Positions 1-8,494 of a stretch of DNA of 58,646 nucleotides are shown piece after piece. Made by a program: the position numbers and the translations under genes. The notes below the pieces were generated by a model. That model was not told the origin of the DNA. It ran no database searches and worked only from the letters and a program-made list of their open reading frames with translations. Positions within the stretch are counted from its first letter, which is position 1. Each line of letters begins with the position of its first letter. Source of the DNA: a virus (lineage: Duplodnaviria; Caudoviricetes); the IMG/VR virus record IMGVR_UViG_3300028873_000026, positions 1 to 58,646 of that record, one strand, 5' to 3'.

Positions 1-2027
1 CCCATTTCGCCCACCCAGATCGGGGCAATGCCCTGCTCGTAGATGTAGCCCCAGTGCTTGTGGATCTCAGTGTAGATCCCGGCCGGGTAACCAGTGACAG
101 GCGAGCTATCGGTCGACAACCAAGCCTGCGAACCGACGCTCTGACCATACTCATGGGGCGAATAGACGACTTTGTGCGGCACTGAGAGCGTGATCGGATT
201 GTTGGCGACATCCATGAGCTGGCCACCCCACCAGGTATTGTCGTTGTCGTAGGTGACACCATTGGACGTGCCCGTGAAGGCGCCAACGCCCTCCACGAAG
301 ATGAGCCAGGCAGGAGCAGCAGCGAGGATTGCGTTGCCCAGAGGCTCGACAAGGGCTTTCCATTCGAGCCAGGTGTAGACGTAGGGCTCGTTATGCACGT
401 CGGCGCCGACAACGCAGGTGTTCGCAGCGTATCGAGTGGCCAAGAGCACCCAGTCTGCCTGCCATTGCGTCGTGGAATAGGGAGCAACGATGCCTGTGTC
501 AGTTCCAGCGCCTGCCGAGCAACGGTGATGATCGAGCACGACGTACATCGAGTTCGCTTGACACCAAGCGATGATCAGATCGTAGATCTGAAGCGAGGTT
601 TGCCCGACAAATTCGGGGTTCAGCGTGGCGTCGAAAGCCGTGCCCGGAGGAGTCCGACCGGGAGAGCAAGTGTCTCCTGAGAACGCCAAGCGAATGCAGT
701 TGAAGCCCATCGTCTTCATCTGGGAGAGCATGTCGGTGTAGCGACGGATCCAGTTCCCATGAGGAATGTAATTCGTGCTCTCGCCACCGAACCAATTGAC
801 GCTCTTCAGGCGCACTTTGTTGCCGCTGGAGTCGACGAACTGGTTTCCGGAGATCGAAAGCCTGGACAGGGGAGCCGATCCACTCGCCACAGCTGTGCCT
901 GTGAGGGCCACAGTATTCGGGCTGGAAGCCGCATTCGAGACGATCGACAGAGCCCCGGTGCGAGATCCTGCAACCGTAGGCGTGAAGCGAACCGTGACCG
1001 TGACGCTGCCACCTGCCGGAATGGTGATCGGCGTCGTCAGAGTGGCTGCAATCCCGACAGTTTCGCTGCCCAGAGCGATCGTCAGCGGCAAGGGACCAGC
1101 CGTGATCGAGACCGGGGAGCCGACGCTTGCAGCGCCCAGCCCCAAAGACAAAACCAGCGGCGGAGCCGTGATCGAATTCGGGAAAGTGACGACGATGCCA
1201 CCTTCGCTGATCGTCAGAGCGAGAGGCCCAGCCAAAATGCTCGGAGGAATGGGCGTGACGACGAGAGTTTCCGAACCAAGGGAAACACTCAGCGAGAGGG
1301 GGGCAGCCGTGACAACAGGGGGCACACGCACAGTTGCCGCACCCAAGCTCGTCGAGAGCGAAAGGGGGCCAGAAGTGATGCTTGGACCGCTCGAAGCGCC
1401 CAAAACCTCGACAACAGCAGCCGCTGTGTAGTTGTAAGCGGCGCTCGACGAGATCGAAACCGTTGCGCCAGAACTTACACTCGCCTGCGAGTAGACATTG
1501 CCCAGGTTGTTTGTGGCTGTGGTGTTGGATTCGAGCAGCGTGGGAGCGGGCGAGCCCGAACCAGTGACGCCAGGAGCCTGACAGCTCGCCGCCAGTCCAA
1601 TGAAGGTGCTGTTGGCTCCAGCGGCCGTGATCGAGGCGCTTCCCGAGGGAGTTCCGGAGACCACAATGCTGGAATTGCCCAGCATCGAGCTTTGCGTGCC
1701 GGTGAGCCCGACGACATAGCAACAACCCGAGTCAGCATAGTTCGTCGACGACGAGATCAGGAGGGTGCCCGCACCTGGCGTATATCCGCGGAACGACCAA
1801 GCCCAGAGCGTCCCGGCCGAAGTCTGAGCCGGAACCGTATTTTGGCCAATAAGCGTGCCAGTCACGCCACCATAAGTGGCGACCGGGACGAACGAAGTAC
1901 CCGTAGCCGAGAAGAAGAAAACGATCAGGCCATCTGTGCCAGTCGAGTCATAGGAATTCGATGAAGCGAGCGGATAAGCGCCCGTCCAGGGAAAATAAGC
2001 CTCACTGACGACAGAGGGTGCGGTCAT
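1..2027 (-). CDS. Tail-module protein with C-terminal GH5 endoglucanase (cellulase) domain; 3' end runs off the window (>=675 aa)
   Basis: Absent from the ORF track; hand-translated from ATG 2027 with no stop found. N-terminal beta-rich domain, five ~21-aa repeats, half an Ig-like domain, then GH5 motifs VNWFGGES, LDHHR, DVHNEP (acid/base), IFVEG, WWGGQL, YSPHEYG, APIWVGEMG (nucleophile). Confidence 0.9.
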   Translation of the reverse strand, partial: MTAPSVVSEAYFPWTGAYPLASSNSYDSTGTDGLIVFFFSATGTSFVPVATYGGVTGTLIGQNTVPAQTSAGTLWAWSFRGYTPGAGTLLISSSTNYADSGCCYVVGLTGTQSSMLGNSSIVVSGTPSGSASITAAGANSTFIGLAASCQAPGVTGSGSPAPTLLESNTTATNNLGNVYSQASVSSGATVSISSSAAYNYTAAAVVEVLGASSGPSITSGPLSLSTSLGAATVRVPPVVTAAPLSLSVSLGSETLVVTPIPPSILAGPLALTISEGGIVVTFPNSITAPPLVLSLGLGAASVGSPVSITAGPLPLTIALGSETVGIAATLTTPITIPAGGSVTVTVRFTPTVAGSRTGALSIVSNAASSPNTVALTGTAVASGSAPLSRLSISGNQFVDSSGNKVRLKSVNWFGGESTNYIPHGNWIRRYTDMLSQMKTMGFNCIRLAFSGDTCSPGRTPPGTAFDATLNPEFVGQTSLQIYDLIIAWCQANSMYVVLDHHRCSAGAGTDTGIVAPYSTTQWQADWVLLATRYAANTCVVGADVHNEPYVYTWLEWKALVEPLGNAILAAAPAWLIFVEGVGAFTGTSNGVTYDNDNTWWGGQLMDVANNPITLSVPHKVVYSPHEYGQSVGSQAWLSTDSSPVTGYPAGIYTEIHKHWGYIYEQGIAPIWVGEM

Positions 2028-2037
2028 TGACTCAGCC

Positions 2038-2454
2038 TCAATCCGTCAGAACGGCGCCGGACCAGTTGAGCGTGATGTTCTGCCCGGTGGGAGTGGCCGG
2101 AAGACCCGTCGCCGTGTCGATGTAACCGATCAGCGTCGAGGTGCTGGGCGTGCCCGTGTCGATGTAGAGGATGATCGCATCGACCTTGAGGGAACCAGAA
2201 ATGGCCACCGAGGGGAACACGACAGAAGCCGCAGTGAGCGCCTGGGAAGCGACCGCCAGCGAACTGAGAGCGACAGCCGGAACGAAGATGGAGCCCGAAG
2301 CGATGTCCGACAGGTTCGCATGAGCAGCATTGTAAGTATAGTTCGTCGAACCCGACGTCACCGTGACGCCGATCGCCTTGATGGTCACCGTCGCAAGGTT
2401 GATGCCCGGCGAGAGGAGCTTGGTTCGAAAACTCGGGTAAACTGCATTAGCCAT
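2038..2454 (-). CDS. Putative virion structural/tail protein
   Basis: 138 aa; MANAVYPSFRTKLL...YIDTATGLPATPTGQNITLNW resembles a small protein family seen in phage tail modules; tight packing with neighbours. Confidence 0.7.
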   Translation of the reverse strand: MANAVYPSFRTKLLSPGINLATVTIKAIGVTVTSGSTNYTYNAAHANLSDIASGSIFVPAVALSSLAVASQALTAASVVFPSVAISGSLKVDAIILYIDTGTPSTSTLIGYIDTATGLPATPTGQNITLNWSGAVLTD

Positions 2455-2457
2455 CGT

Positions 2458-2811
2458 TCAGTCCCTCGCGATGTAAGTGACCGAGAAGTCACCAGTGGCT
2501 GTAAGTGAAGAAAGGATGAGATCCACGGTGCCGGAATTGGTCACCGTGAAGGTCATGTCGAAGGTGCTACCGACTGCAAGCGAGGTGAAAGTCAGCGTGG
2601 TGCCGCTCAGCTCGAGTGTTGCACTCGAAATGGTCTCAAGCGTCCCATCGGACACTGAAATATCCAGGCTCGTCCCGCTTATCGTCTGCAAAAACGCATC
2701 AGCGACGCTCAACCCGAAAATCAAGTTCGGGATGATCACGCGACTGGAGTGGTTCTTCAGCGGATTGAGCTGAAGGAACGTCGCAAACGGAACGAAGGCG
2801 AGGATTCCCAC
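2458..2811 (-). CDS. Tail-module protein ending in the N-terminal half of an Ig-like (ASH/choice-of-anchor D type) domain
   Basis: LTFTSLAVGSTFDMTFTVTNSGTVDLILSSLTATGDFSV pattern; operon position. Confidence 0.65.
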   Translation of the reverse strand: MGILAFVPFATFLQLNPLKNHSSRVIIPNLIFGLSVADAFLQTISGTSLDISVSDGTLETISSATLELSGTTLTFTSLAVGSTFDMTFTVTNSGTVDLILSSLTATGDFSVTYIARD

Positions 2812-2814
2812 GAC

Positions 2815-3054
2815 TTAGTGAGGCGTCAGAGCGGCAACCTGTGCCTGAAGCGCTGCAACCTGCGTCTGGAGCGTCGTCACCTGGGTCGCCAGCGTGATGA
2901 TCGCTTCCATATTGGTGACGACGTAGGCGATGTTCTCAAGATTGTCGTGGACACACTTCACGGTCCAGAACGCAGTGCCGATCTGCTTGTCCACAAGCGG
3001 GGCAAAGTTCGAGCCGTAGTAGTCCAGCGTGCATCGGCATCCCATTATCGCCAT
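2815..3054 (-). CDS. Short N4-type tail fibre/appendage anchor stub with heptad coiled coil
   Basis: VDKQIGTAFWTVKCVHDNL resembles the N-terminus of N4-like tail fibres; follows the gp67-like gene; heptads LATQVTTLQTQVAALQAQVAAL. Confidence 0.6.
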   Translation of the reverse strand: MAIMGCRCTLDYYGSNFAPLVDKQIGTAFWTVKCVHDNLENIAYVVTNMEAIITLATQVTTLQTQVAALQAQVAALTPH

Positions 3055-3758
3055 CCTCCTCTTCCAAATCGAAGGTTTGACTGGGAGATGCTCGAATTCA
3101 CGAGATCCCGATCGACGACCTCAGTACAAAACGCCTCGTAAGTCGCCATGAACTCTTGGGACTTAGCCGTGCTGGGCACAGTATTTATATGGCTAAAGAC
3201 CTTGTAGGCGATGTACGAAGTCAGCGCCCCAAGCAATACATCGGGAATCCAAATGTTTTCATCCAATTCGCCTTGAATTTTATCATGGCGTTGCTGGTAG
3301 CGAACATTGAGAACGCGACCATGGATGGGATTTGGAACCTGCAAAACGTGTGCTTGGGGCGTGAAAACCGAGAAACGCTCGCTTTCATCATTCAAAGGCA
3401 GCTCAAGAGCGTCTTCACTGTTGAAAACCGACAAAATCTTGATAATTCCGCCCGTAAAAGGCTCATCCGGCAGGTCCAGGATGTATCGGACACGCTCATT
3501 GTCTTGCCCAACTCCAGGGACGAAAGTCACGGCAAACGGTGGAATCAGGTGATAAAACGTCACCGAGTCGAACATTTGCACGAGAATGTCGTTTTCCTTC
3601 AAAACGAACCTGGAATAGAGCTTCAGCAGCGCTTCGTTGAGGTAATTGACGATCCTGGGCTGAGCAGACGCAATGATCCCGCCATTTCCCTCGGCCGAGA
3701 TCGAAAGGTTCTGCAACTCGTCATACGAGAGCATTTCAAAGAGTTCAGCAAGCGTCAC
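3045..3758 (-). CDS. N4 gp67-like virion neck/adaptor protein
   Basis: 237 aa, LNEALLKLYSRF...RFGRGGW; directly downstream of terminase as in N4. Confidence 0.8.
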   Translation of the reverse strand: MTLAELFEMLSYDELQNLSISAEGNGGIIASAQPRIVNYLNEALLKLYSRFVLKENDILVQMFDSVTFYHLIPPFAVTFVPGVGQDNERVRYILDLPDEPFTGGIIKILSVFNSEDALELPLNDESERFSVFTPQAHVLQVPNPIHGRVLNVRYQQRHDKIQGELDENIWIPDVLLGALTSYIAYKVFSHINTVPSTAKSQEFMATYEAFCTEVVDRDLVNSSISQSNLRFGRGGWR

Positions 3759-3764
3759 GATGCC

Positions 3765-5354
3765 TCACACAACGTAAGAGGATAAGCGATTGGTGTCCGC
3801 TTCCGGTGTGTCTTCGTCGTAAGGTCCCTCAGAAGAACTTGAAGAAGCAGTTCCTTCGGATGGTTTCCACGGCGTCAGATACCCAAGCATCGAGATCGTA
3901 TCTAGGCAATCATCTTTGCCCTTCAGGCCATTCTTAGTCGCCAATTTAATCTGCTGCAAGAAATGACCCATGATCACGGTGAGTTTCATCTCCTCGGGCC
4001 ACCACATGCGAGATGATTTGAACCAAGGAACGACCATATTGAACCTGGAGAGCTTATCCACGACCGGTCGAATGCCTGCTTCACCTGATTTTTCACTCGA
4101 AGCGAACGAAAACCAGATGTTCCGGTTCATCATCTCTTGTTGGAGGAGCTTAATGTAGGCCTGCTGCTGGCCAGTGACCTCGATGCCCACCTGTTGCGGG
4201 TGATATTCGCTCACAAGCCGGAACAGGTCATTGAAGGTGATGTCGATTGTCTGCCGAGCACAGACTCCATCCACCCAGAACCATTGTCCGTTGGAGTTGT
4301 AGGCCCACACAGCGATGACAGAGAAGTCCGCAGTCTGTTTTTTCGAGGTCGAGAAGTCCGTGGTGATGTAGAAGTTGAAGTTCCCCTTCATCTCAAGGAG
4401 CTTCGATCGGTTGTACCACTTGATCTCGTCGTCTTGAACGAGCCTCTCTTCGTCTGAGGTGATCCTCAGCATCAGTTCCTGGTAGAATCCAGCGAGCTTC
4501 CCCGTCTTGACCGCCATGTCATATTGATCTTTGACGTACTGGAACGTGAAACGGTCCTCCCAAGCCCCGGAGAACTCCTCCTCAGTGCAGGGAAAACGTT
4601 CACAGACCGGCCAGACATTCACATCCCATGCGCCAGACTCGACGGCTTCAATGAGAATGTCGTCTTTGGTGAAGGGAGTGCCGTTGAAGATGACTTTGCG
4701 GCGGGTCGGATCAAGAGCGTGGTTCACTCCCTTATAGACAGTGTCCTTGATGGCCTCCATCTGGACCCTGGACTTGGAGTCGTCGTCACTCACAAGGTCA
4801 TCGAGCACGGCAAGAGGAGGCCGCTTCCCGAAAATCTTCGTTCCGCGGAGGCCTGTCTTGGCGCCGAACATCTTTACGCCGAGTCGATTGCCCTCTTTGG
4901 CTCGAAACTCGAGGTAGTTGTCCGTGAAGTGGGCTTCAGGGATCCAGTATTGCAGGAAAGGGCTGGATTCGTAGCGAAACTCGATGTTCTTTCGAGCGCT
5001 CTTGACGCCGTTCTCCATCGAGTCGGAGACGTAGATCATCCCCTCGATCTTCCCGAAGTTCGGCAGGTAACCATAGAAAGCCAGGAAGAGAACGAAATAC
5101 TCCATGAACAGCGTCGTTTTCGCTGCTCCACGGAAACAGAGGTTCGCCACATAGGGGCTGGGCTCGACGAGCTTGTCGAGCATCTTCAAATGAACAGGGG
5201 GAGTCTTGTGGCTTTCGCCTTCGGCGCCGTTCACGAGCTTGATGAAATTCATGAAGGTGAGGGCGAACTCAGACGGCACATAGTCCGACGAATTCAGAGC
5301 CTGATAATTGACGCCATCGAGCCAAATATCGAGTTCTTGCTTGAGGAGTTCCAT
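3765..5354 (-). CDS. terL: Terminase large subunit (N4 gp68-like)
   Basis: FRGAAKTT Walker A variant, LAVLDDL Walker B, nuclease motifs ITTDF and DDCLD. Confidence 0.95.
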   Translation of the reverse strand: MELLKQELDIWLDGVNYQALNSSDYVPSEFALTFMNFIKLVNGAEGESHKTPPVHLKMLDKLVEPSPYVANLCFRGAAKTTLFMEYFVLFLAFYGYLPNFGKIEGMIYVSDSMENGVKSARKNIEFRYESSPFLQYWIPEAHFTDNYLEFRAKEGNRLGVKMFGAKTGLRGTKIFGKRPPLAVLDDLVSDDDSKSRVQMEAIKDTVYKGVNHALDPTRRKVIFNGTPFTKDDILIEAVESGAWDVNVWPVCERFPCTEEEFSGAWEDRFTFQYVKDQYDMAVKTGKLAGFYQELMLRITSDEERLVQDDEIKWYNRSKLLEMKGNFNFYITTDFSTSKKQTADFSVIAVWAYNSNGQWFWVDGVCARQTIDITFNDLFRLVSEYHPQQVGIEVTGQQQAYIKLLQQEMMNRNIWFSFASSEKSGEAGIRPVVDKLSRFNMVVPWFKSSRMWWPEEMKLTVIMGHFLQQIKLATKNGLKGKDDCLDTISMLGYLTPWKPSEGTASSSSSEGPYDEDTPEADTNRLSSYVV

Positions 5355-6055
5355 TATTTTGGAACCAGTGAGGGACTAGGATTCGGGGTGACATCGATCA
5401 GCTTCTGACTGGCGATCTCCCGAGGAGAAGTTCCCCCTTCGATGGCTGCCCGCTGATTTCGGGCCAGATCGGTGAGGAGCTGCCGCATCTCGGACATTCC
5501 CGAACTCTCAGCGACCGTGAAATTGATGGTGTTCGCCATCTCTTTTGGCTTCGCCAAATGGGTGAGCACCGAATTCGCAGCAGCCGTTCGAGCCACAGCC
5601 GGGAGGGTGTCGTCCTCCATGATCTCGACCTGGGTGTTGATCGCCTTCTGGTAGACGTCCTGGTTCAGGATCCAGATCGGAACGAGGCTCTGCTCCATGA
5701 CAAGGTTCACGAGCTTGCCCCGGTGGAACGCTGAGACGTAAGCCGCAATGTCTTTGCCCGAAGTGCCCTTGGCCAAGAGATTGGCGTGGCGCTGGGGGAA
5801 AGTCCGGAAATAGGCATCCTGGTTCGAGTAGCCCATGTGCTTGAAGCTCACGTAGGCGACCGCGTGCAGGTAGTCTTCCGTCTTAAATTTCCCCTCTTGG
5901 AGCACCCTCGAATACGAGATGAAATTCTCGCGGATGCTCTCAGCCACCAAGGGATCTGCCGACAGGTTGTTCACCTGGTCCGTGAAAGCCTGGGTAGCGG
6001 CACTCCTCAAATTAGTGGGGAGCGCTTTTTCGATCATCTCGCGCGTGAGCATCAA
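5354..6055 (-). CDS. N4 gp69-like protein (putative terminase small subunit)
   Basis: 233 aa, AVAYVSFKHMG and AANSVLTHL motifs; immediately upstream of terL. Confidence 0.8.
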   Translation of the reverse strand: MMLTREMIEKALPTNLRSAATQAFTDQVNNLSADPLVAESIRENFISYSRVLQEGKFKTEDYLHAVAYVSFKHMGYSNQDAYFRTFPQRHANLLAKGTSGKDIAAYVSAFHRGKLVNLVMEQSLVPIWILNQDVYQKAINTQVEIMEDDTLPAVARTAAANSVLTHLAKPKEMANTINFTVAESSGMSEMRQLLTDLARNQRAAIEGGTSPREIASQKLIDVTPNPSPSLVPK

Positions 6056-6249
6056 GCACAGTCCGGTTCGTTGGGGGTCGTCGGCTCGACCGGCTTCAGT
6101 TCGGGGTTGTGGCGAAACTCCCCAGAATGCCCGATCGCCTTCGACCAGGTGCTCATCGAGAGCACTTCAGTCTTGCCTCCCAGATGCACGCGGATGAAGT
6201 TTCCGCAGGTGGACTTCTCGATTCGAAAGAGGGGGCCGGTGGTCTGCAT
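6052..6249 (-). CDS. Hypothetical protein (65 aa, MQTTGPLFRIEK...)
   Basis: Start and stop overlap both neighbours; start moved from the ORF track to ATG 6249. Confidence 0.6.
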   Translation of the reverse strand: MQTTGPLFRIEKSTCGNFIRVHLGGKTEVLSMSTWSKAIGHSGEFRHNPELKPVEPTTPNEPDCA

Positions 6250-6512
6250 CAGAGCACCACCAGCCAGTCGTCGGCCAGAATGTCCGTCTGCGACGCGAGC
6301 CAGAGAACGAGATTGTGGTCCGCCGTCTTCATGAAGATGTAGGGGAGCGTCATCTTCGAGTGAGCATCGGGAACCTGGAGTTCCAGCCACATGCCCTTTC
6401 CATTCCAGCCGGTGCGAGCGACTCGGCTGCCGAGCTTCAGGTAGGAGATCGCTTCGCCGAAACCGAGAGTCAGAGCCAGTTCGCCCTGCGTTTCCTTCAC
6501 ATGCTTGTTCAT
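6249..6512 (-). CDS. DUF2829 protein, Tad2-like nucleotide-signal sponge candidate
   Basis: FGEAISYLKLGSRVARTGWNGKGMWL...WLASQTDILADDW is the DUF2829 signature. Confidence 0.85.
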   Translation of the reverse strand: MNKHVKETQGELALTLGFGEAISYLKLGSRVARTGWNGKGMWLELQVPDAHSKMTLPYIFMKTADHNLVLWLASQTDILADDWLVVL

Positions 6513-7090
6513 TCGCCACCCACCATTTGCTGAAAGATGTGAGAAAGCCGGCTCATGGCTCGGCCATAGAATTCGTCGATCGAGTAGTTGTTGGCGATGT
6601 CCGTCGTCTGGACGCCTTCCAACTTGATGTGCGTGCGACTGTCGCCTTTGAACGAGCAGCCACGACCCTCAGCATAAAGTCTGACCAGCTGGCACTTGCT
6701 TGCACCGACCGATCGCAGGATAGGCTGGGCCTCCGAGGCGAAACCAGAGTCCGAGATGATAAAAGCCCGACCTGAGGTGTTCTGCATCCGATCAAGAAGG
6801 AGTCGACCGAAGACCTCATCCCCATGAGTCGGCTTCATGTACCGCTCACTTACCTCGATGTAGGCTTCCCTCGGACTCAACCCGAGGAAGACATCGCAGG
6901 GAGTCTCTTTGACTGTCTCGAACGCATGGTGAGGAAGGTCCGGTCGTCCATAAAGAGCATGAGTGCGCTCTTTGAGTATCTCGCTGAACTTGACTTGTCG
7001 GAAACCCGGAAATTTCCGGACGACATATTCAGCGAGCGTGTCTTTCCCACTGCTGGGAGGACCATTAACAAAGACGACCGGACGCATCAT
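6509..7090 (-). CDS. Deoxynucleoside monophosphate kinase-like P-loop protein
   Basis: N-terminal GPPSSGKDT, internal IISDSGF. Confidence 0.8.
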   Translation of the reverse strand: MMRPVVFVNGPPSSGKDTLAEYVVRKFPGFRQVKFSEILKERTHALYGRPDLPHHAFETVKETPCDVFLGLSPREAYIEVSERYMKPTHGDEVFGRLLLDRMQNTSGRAFIISDSGFASEAQPILRSVGASKCQLVRLYAEGRGCSFKGDSRTHIKLEGVQTTDIANNYSIDEFYGRAMSRLSHIFQQMVGGE

Positions 7091-7095
7091 CGCAC

Positions 7096-7416
7096 TTAGC
7101 TCCGCATGTAGGCGTTGGAATGCGGGTCAACAACCAGGGGAGAAGCAGCCGCTGCCGCCTTCGCCTGTCCAACCTGGTACGGCATCCACTCGCAGTAGAT
7201 CTCGCCCGGATTGGGCTTGTCTTCATCCTGCAAGAGCTTCACCGAAGTCTGATTCGAGGCGACGCCGTTCGCATCGAAGAAGGCGAGGTTCACCATCGTG
7301 TCGCTATGCACGTAGGCGATGATCGCAGCCATGGGCGCTCCGCCCGTGGGTGCAATGAGAGTGTTCTTCGGGTCCGGGTAGTACCAGACGATTCGGCCGA
7401 CCGAGGGCTTGATCAA
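7096..7416 (-). CDS. Conserved hypothetical phage protein
   Basis: KPSVGRIVWYYP...AAIIAYVHSDTMVNLAFFD...CEWMPYQ; coupled to neighbours. Confidence 0.8.
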   Translation of the reverse strand: MIKPSVGRIVWYYPDPKNTLIAPTGGAPMAAIIAYVHSDTMVNLAFFDANGVASNQTSVKLLQDEDKPNPGEIYCEWMPYQVGQAKAAAAASPLVVDPHSNAYMRS

Positions 7417-7667
7417 GAGATCTTCTCCGCAATCCCCGAAGCAGCATCCGTGACGGCGCCGGAAACAGCAGCGCCCGTGGCGACGACATCCGCCTGAAGA
7501 GTGTTCTGGGCCACTTTGCTGCGGCTCATGAACGCTGCCCGCAGCCGGGTCTCAGCAGTCAAGAGCTCGTCTTTGAGTCCGGCGACGATCGTGTTGTGGA
7601 AGAACGCGCCGACTGCGATCACGCAGAACAGCAGGATCACCAACATATAGAGTGCGAATTCCATCAC
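7413..7667 (-). CDS. Small membrane protein with one N-terminal TM helix
   Basis: Hydrophobic ALYMLVILLFCVIAVGAFF; overlapping start/stop. Confidence 0.7.
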   Translation of the reverse strand: MMEFALYMLVILLFCVIAVGAFFHNTIVAGLKDELLTAETRLRAAFMSRSKVAQNTLQADVVATGAAVSGAVTDAASGIAEKIS

Positions 7668-8026
7668 GCTTCCCCTTCATTGAGCTCGTTCTTCAACACG
7701 AAGCCGAGCAGCGGCCAGATCTTGTTGACCGCATCAGTCTTGGCGAGACGATCGCCAATATCCTTCTGGTAGTTCGCGGGATCGGCGCAGGCGCTCTGGC
7801 CAGTCACCGTGAAACCGTTCTGAAGGACGAGCACACAGAAAGTGAGCAGCTCCAGATTCTTGGCCTTGCCCTGCATCCGGGCAGTGGTCTTTTGCGTGGC
7901 TCGAACGCCATCCGCAGCCGTGAAGAAATAACAGAAGAGGATGCTGTCCTCGACGTCCTTCAGAGTAACCCTCTTAGCAACTGCCCGCTCTTCTAACTCA
8001 TCCTCAGTAATATCCATGTAAAGCAT
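7664..8026 (-). CDS. N4 Gp49/Sf6 gene 66 family protein, Acb4-like sponge candidate
   Basis: LTFCVLVLQNGFTVTGQSACADPANYQKDIG...KIWPLLGF signature. Confidence 0.85.
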   Translation of the reverse strand: MLYMDITEDELEERAVAKRVTLKDVEDSILFCYFFTAADGVRATQKTTARMQGKAKNLELLTFCVLVLQNGFTVTGQSACADPANYQKDIGDRLAKTDAVNKIWPLLGFVLKNELNEGEA

Positions 8027-8048
8027 TCCCCGTTGCTTTGATATTTAC

Positions 8049-8077
8049 CCTTTAGGGCATCTATAGCAACCGGTCAA
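8049..8077 (-). promoter_or_regulatory. Possible sigma70-type promoter for the leftward late operon
   Basis: TTGACC-N17-TAAAGG on the minus strand just upstream of ATG 8026; weak -10. Confidence 0.35.
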
Positions 8078-8124
8078 AGAGATTTGAGACTTGACGTGAA
8101 GCCCGATTTATCCAAATATAACTT

Positions 8125-8310
8125 TGCGTGGCGCCTAGAGCGTGGCGAAGTACATGGCGACCCTAGCGGATAGTGGGGACATAACTTCCGCAGGCAGCGG
8201 TCTCGACCTCCTGCCAGGTAACACTCTGCCAAGGGTGTTCTTGGTTCAGAGCCTGAGCTGCCCATCTAGAAGAGACGAGGGGCCTGGCCGCTTCTCGTCT
8301 CTTTTCATTT
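8125..8310 (+). ncRNA. Candidate small structured RNA ending in a terminator-like hairpin
   Basis: Consecutive hairpins GCGGA/TCCGC, GGCAG/CTGCC, AACACTC/GGGTGTT, then AAGAGACGAG/CTCGTCTCTT plus T run; no credible ORF. Confidence 0.4.
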
Positions 8311-8349
8311 GCACTCATTGCTAACTTATGTTGTAAGTCTGTTTCGTTG

Positions 8350-8457
8350 GGCACTGACACGGCGAACCTCGGCCAGGGGACAAGCCAAAGCAGCGTTGCA
8401 GCAGAGGCTGATGGACTAGCTCCGTCCCCCCAGCATGGTGGAAAGCCATGCGGTGCC
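8350..8457 (+). ncRNA. Candidate multi-branched RNA or 5' leader of the 8495 gene
   Basis: Closing helix GGCACTG/CGGTGCC enclosing GGGGAC/GTCCCC, AGCC/GGCT and GCATGG/CCATGC. Confidence 0.4.
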
Positions 8458-8494
8458 TTCCTCACTTCGAAGCTTTTGAACCAGGAAGACCACC

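Noticed and set aside
499-1964. Track ORFs 499-1725(-), 759-1964(+) and 775-1431(+)
   Set aside because: Shadow frames of the real 1-2027 minus-strand gene.
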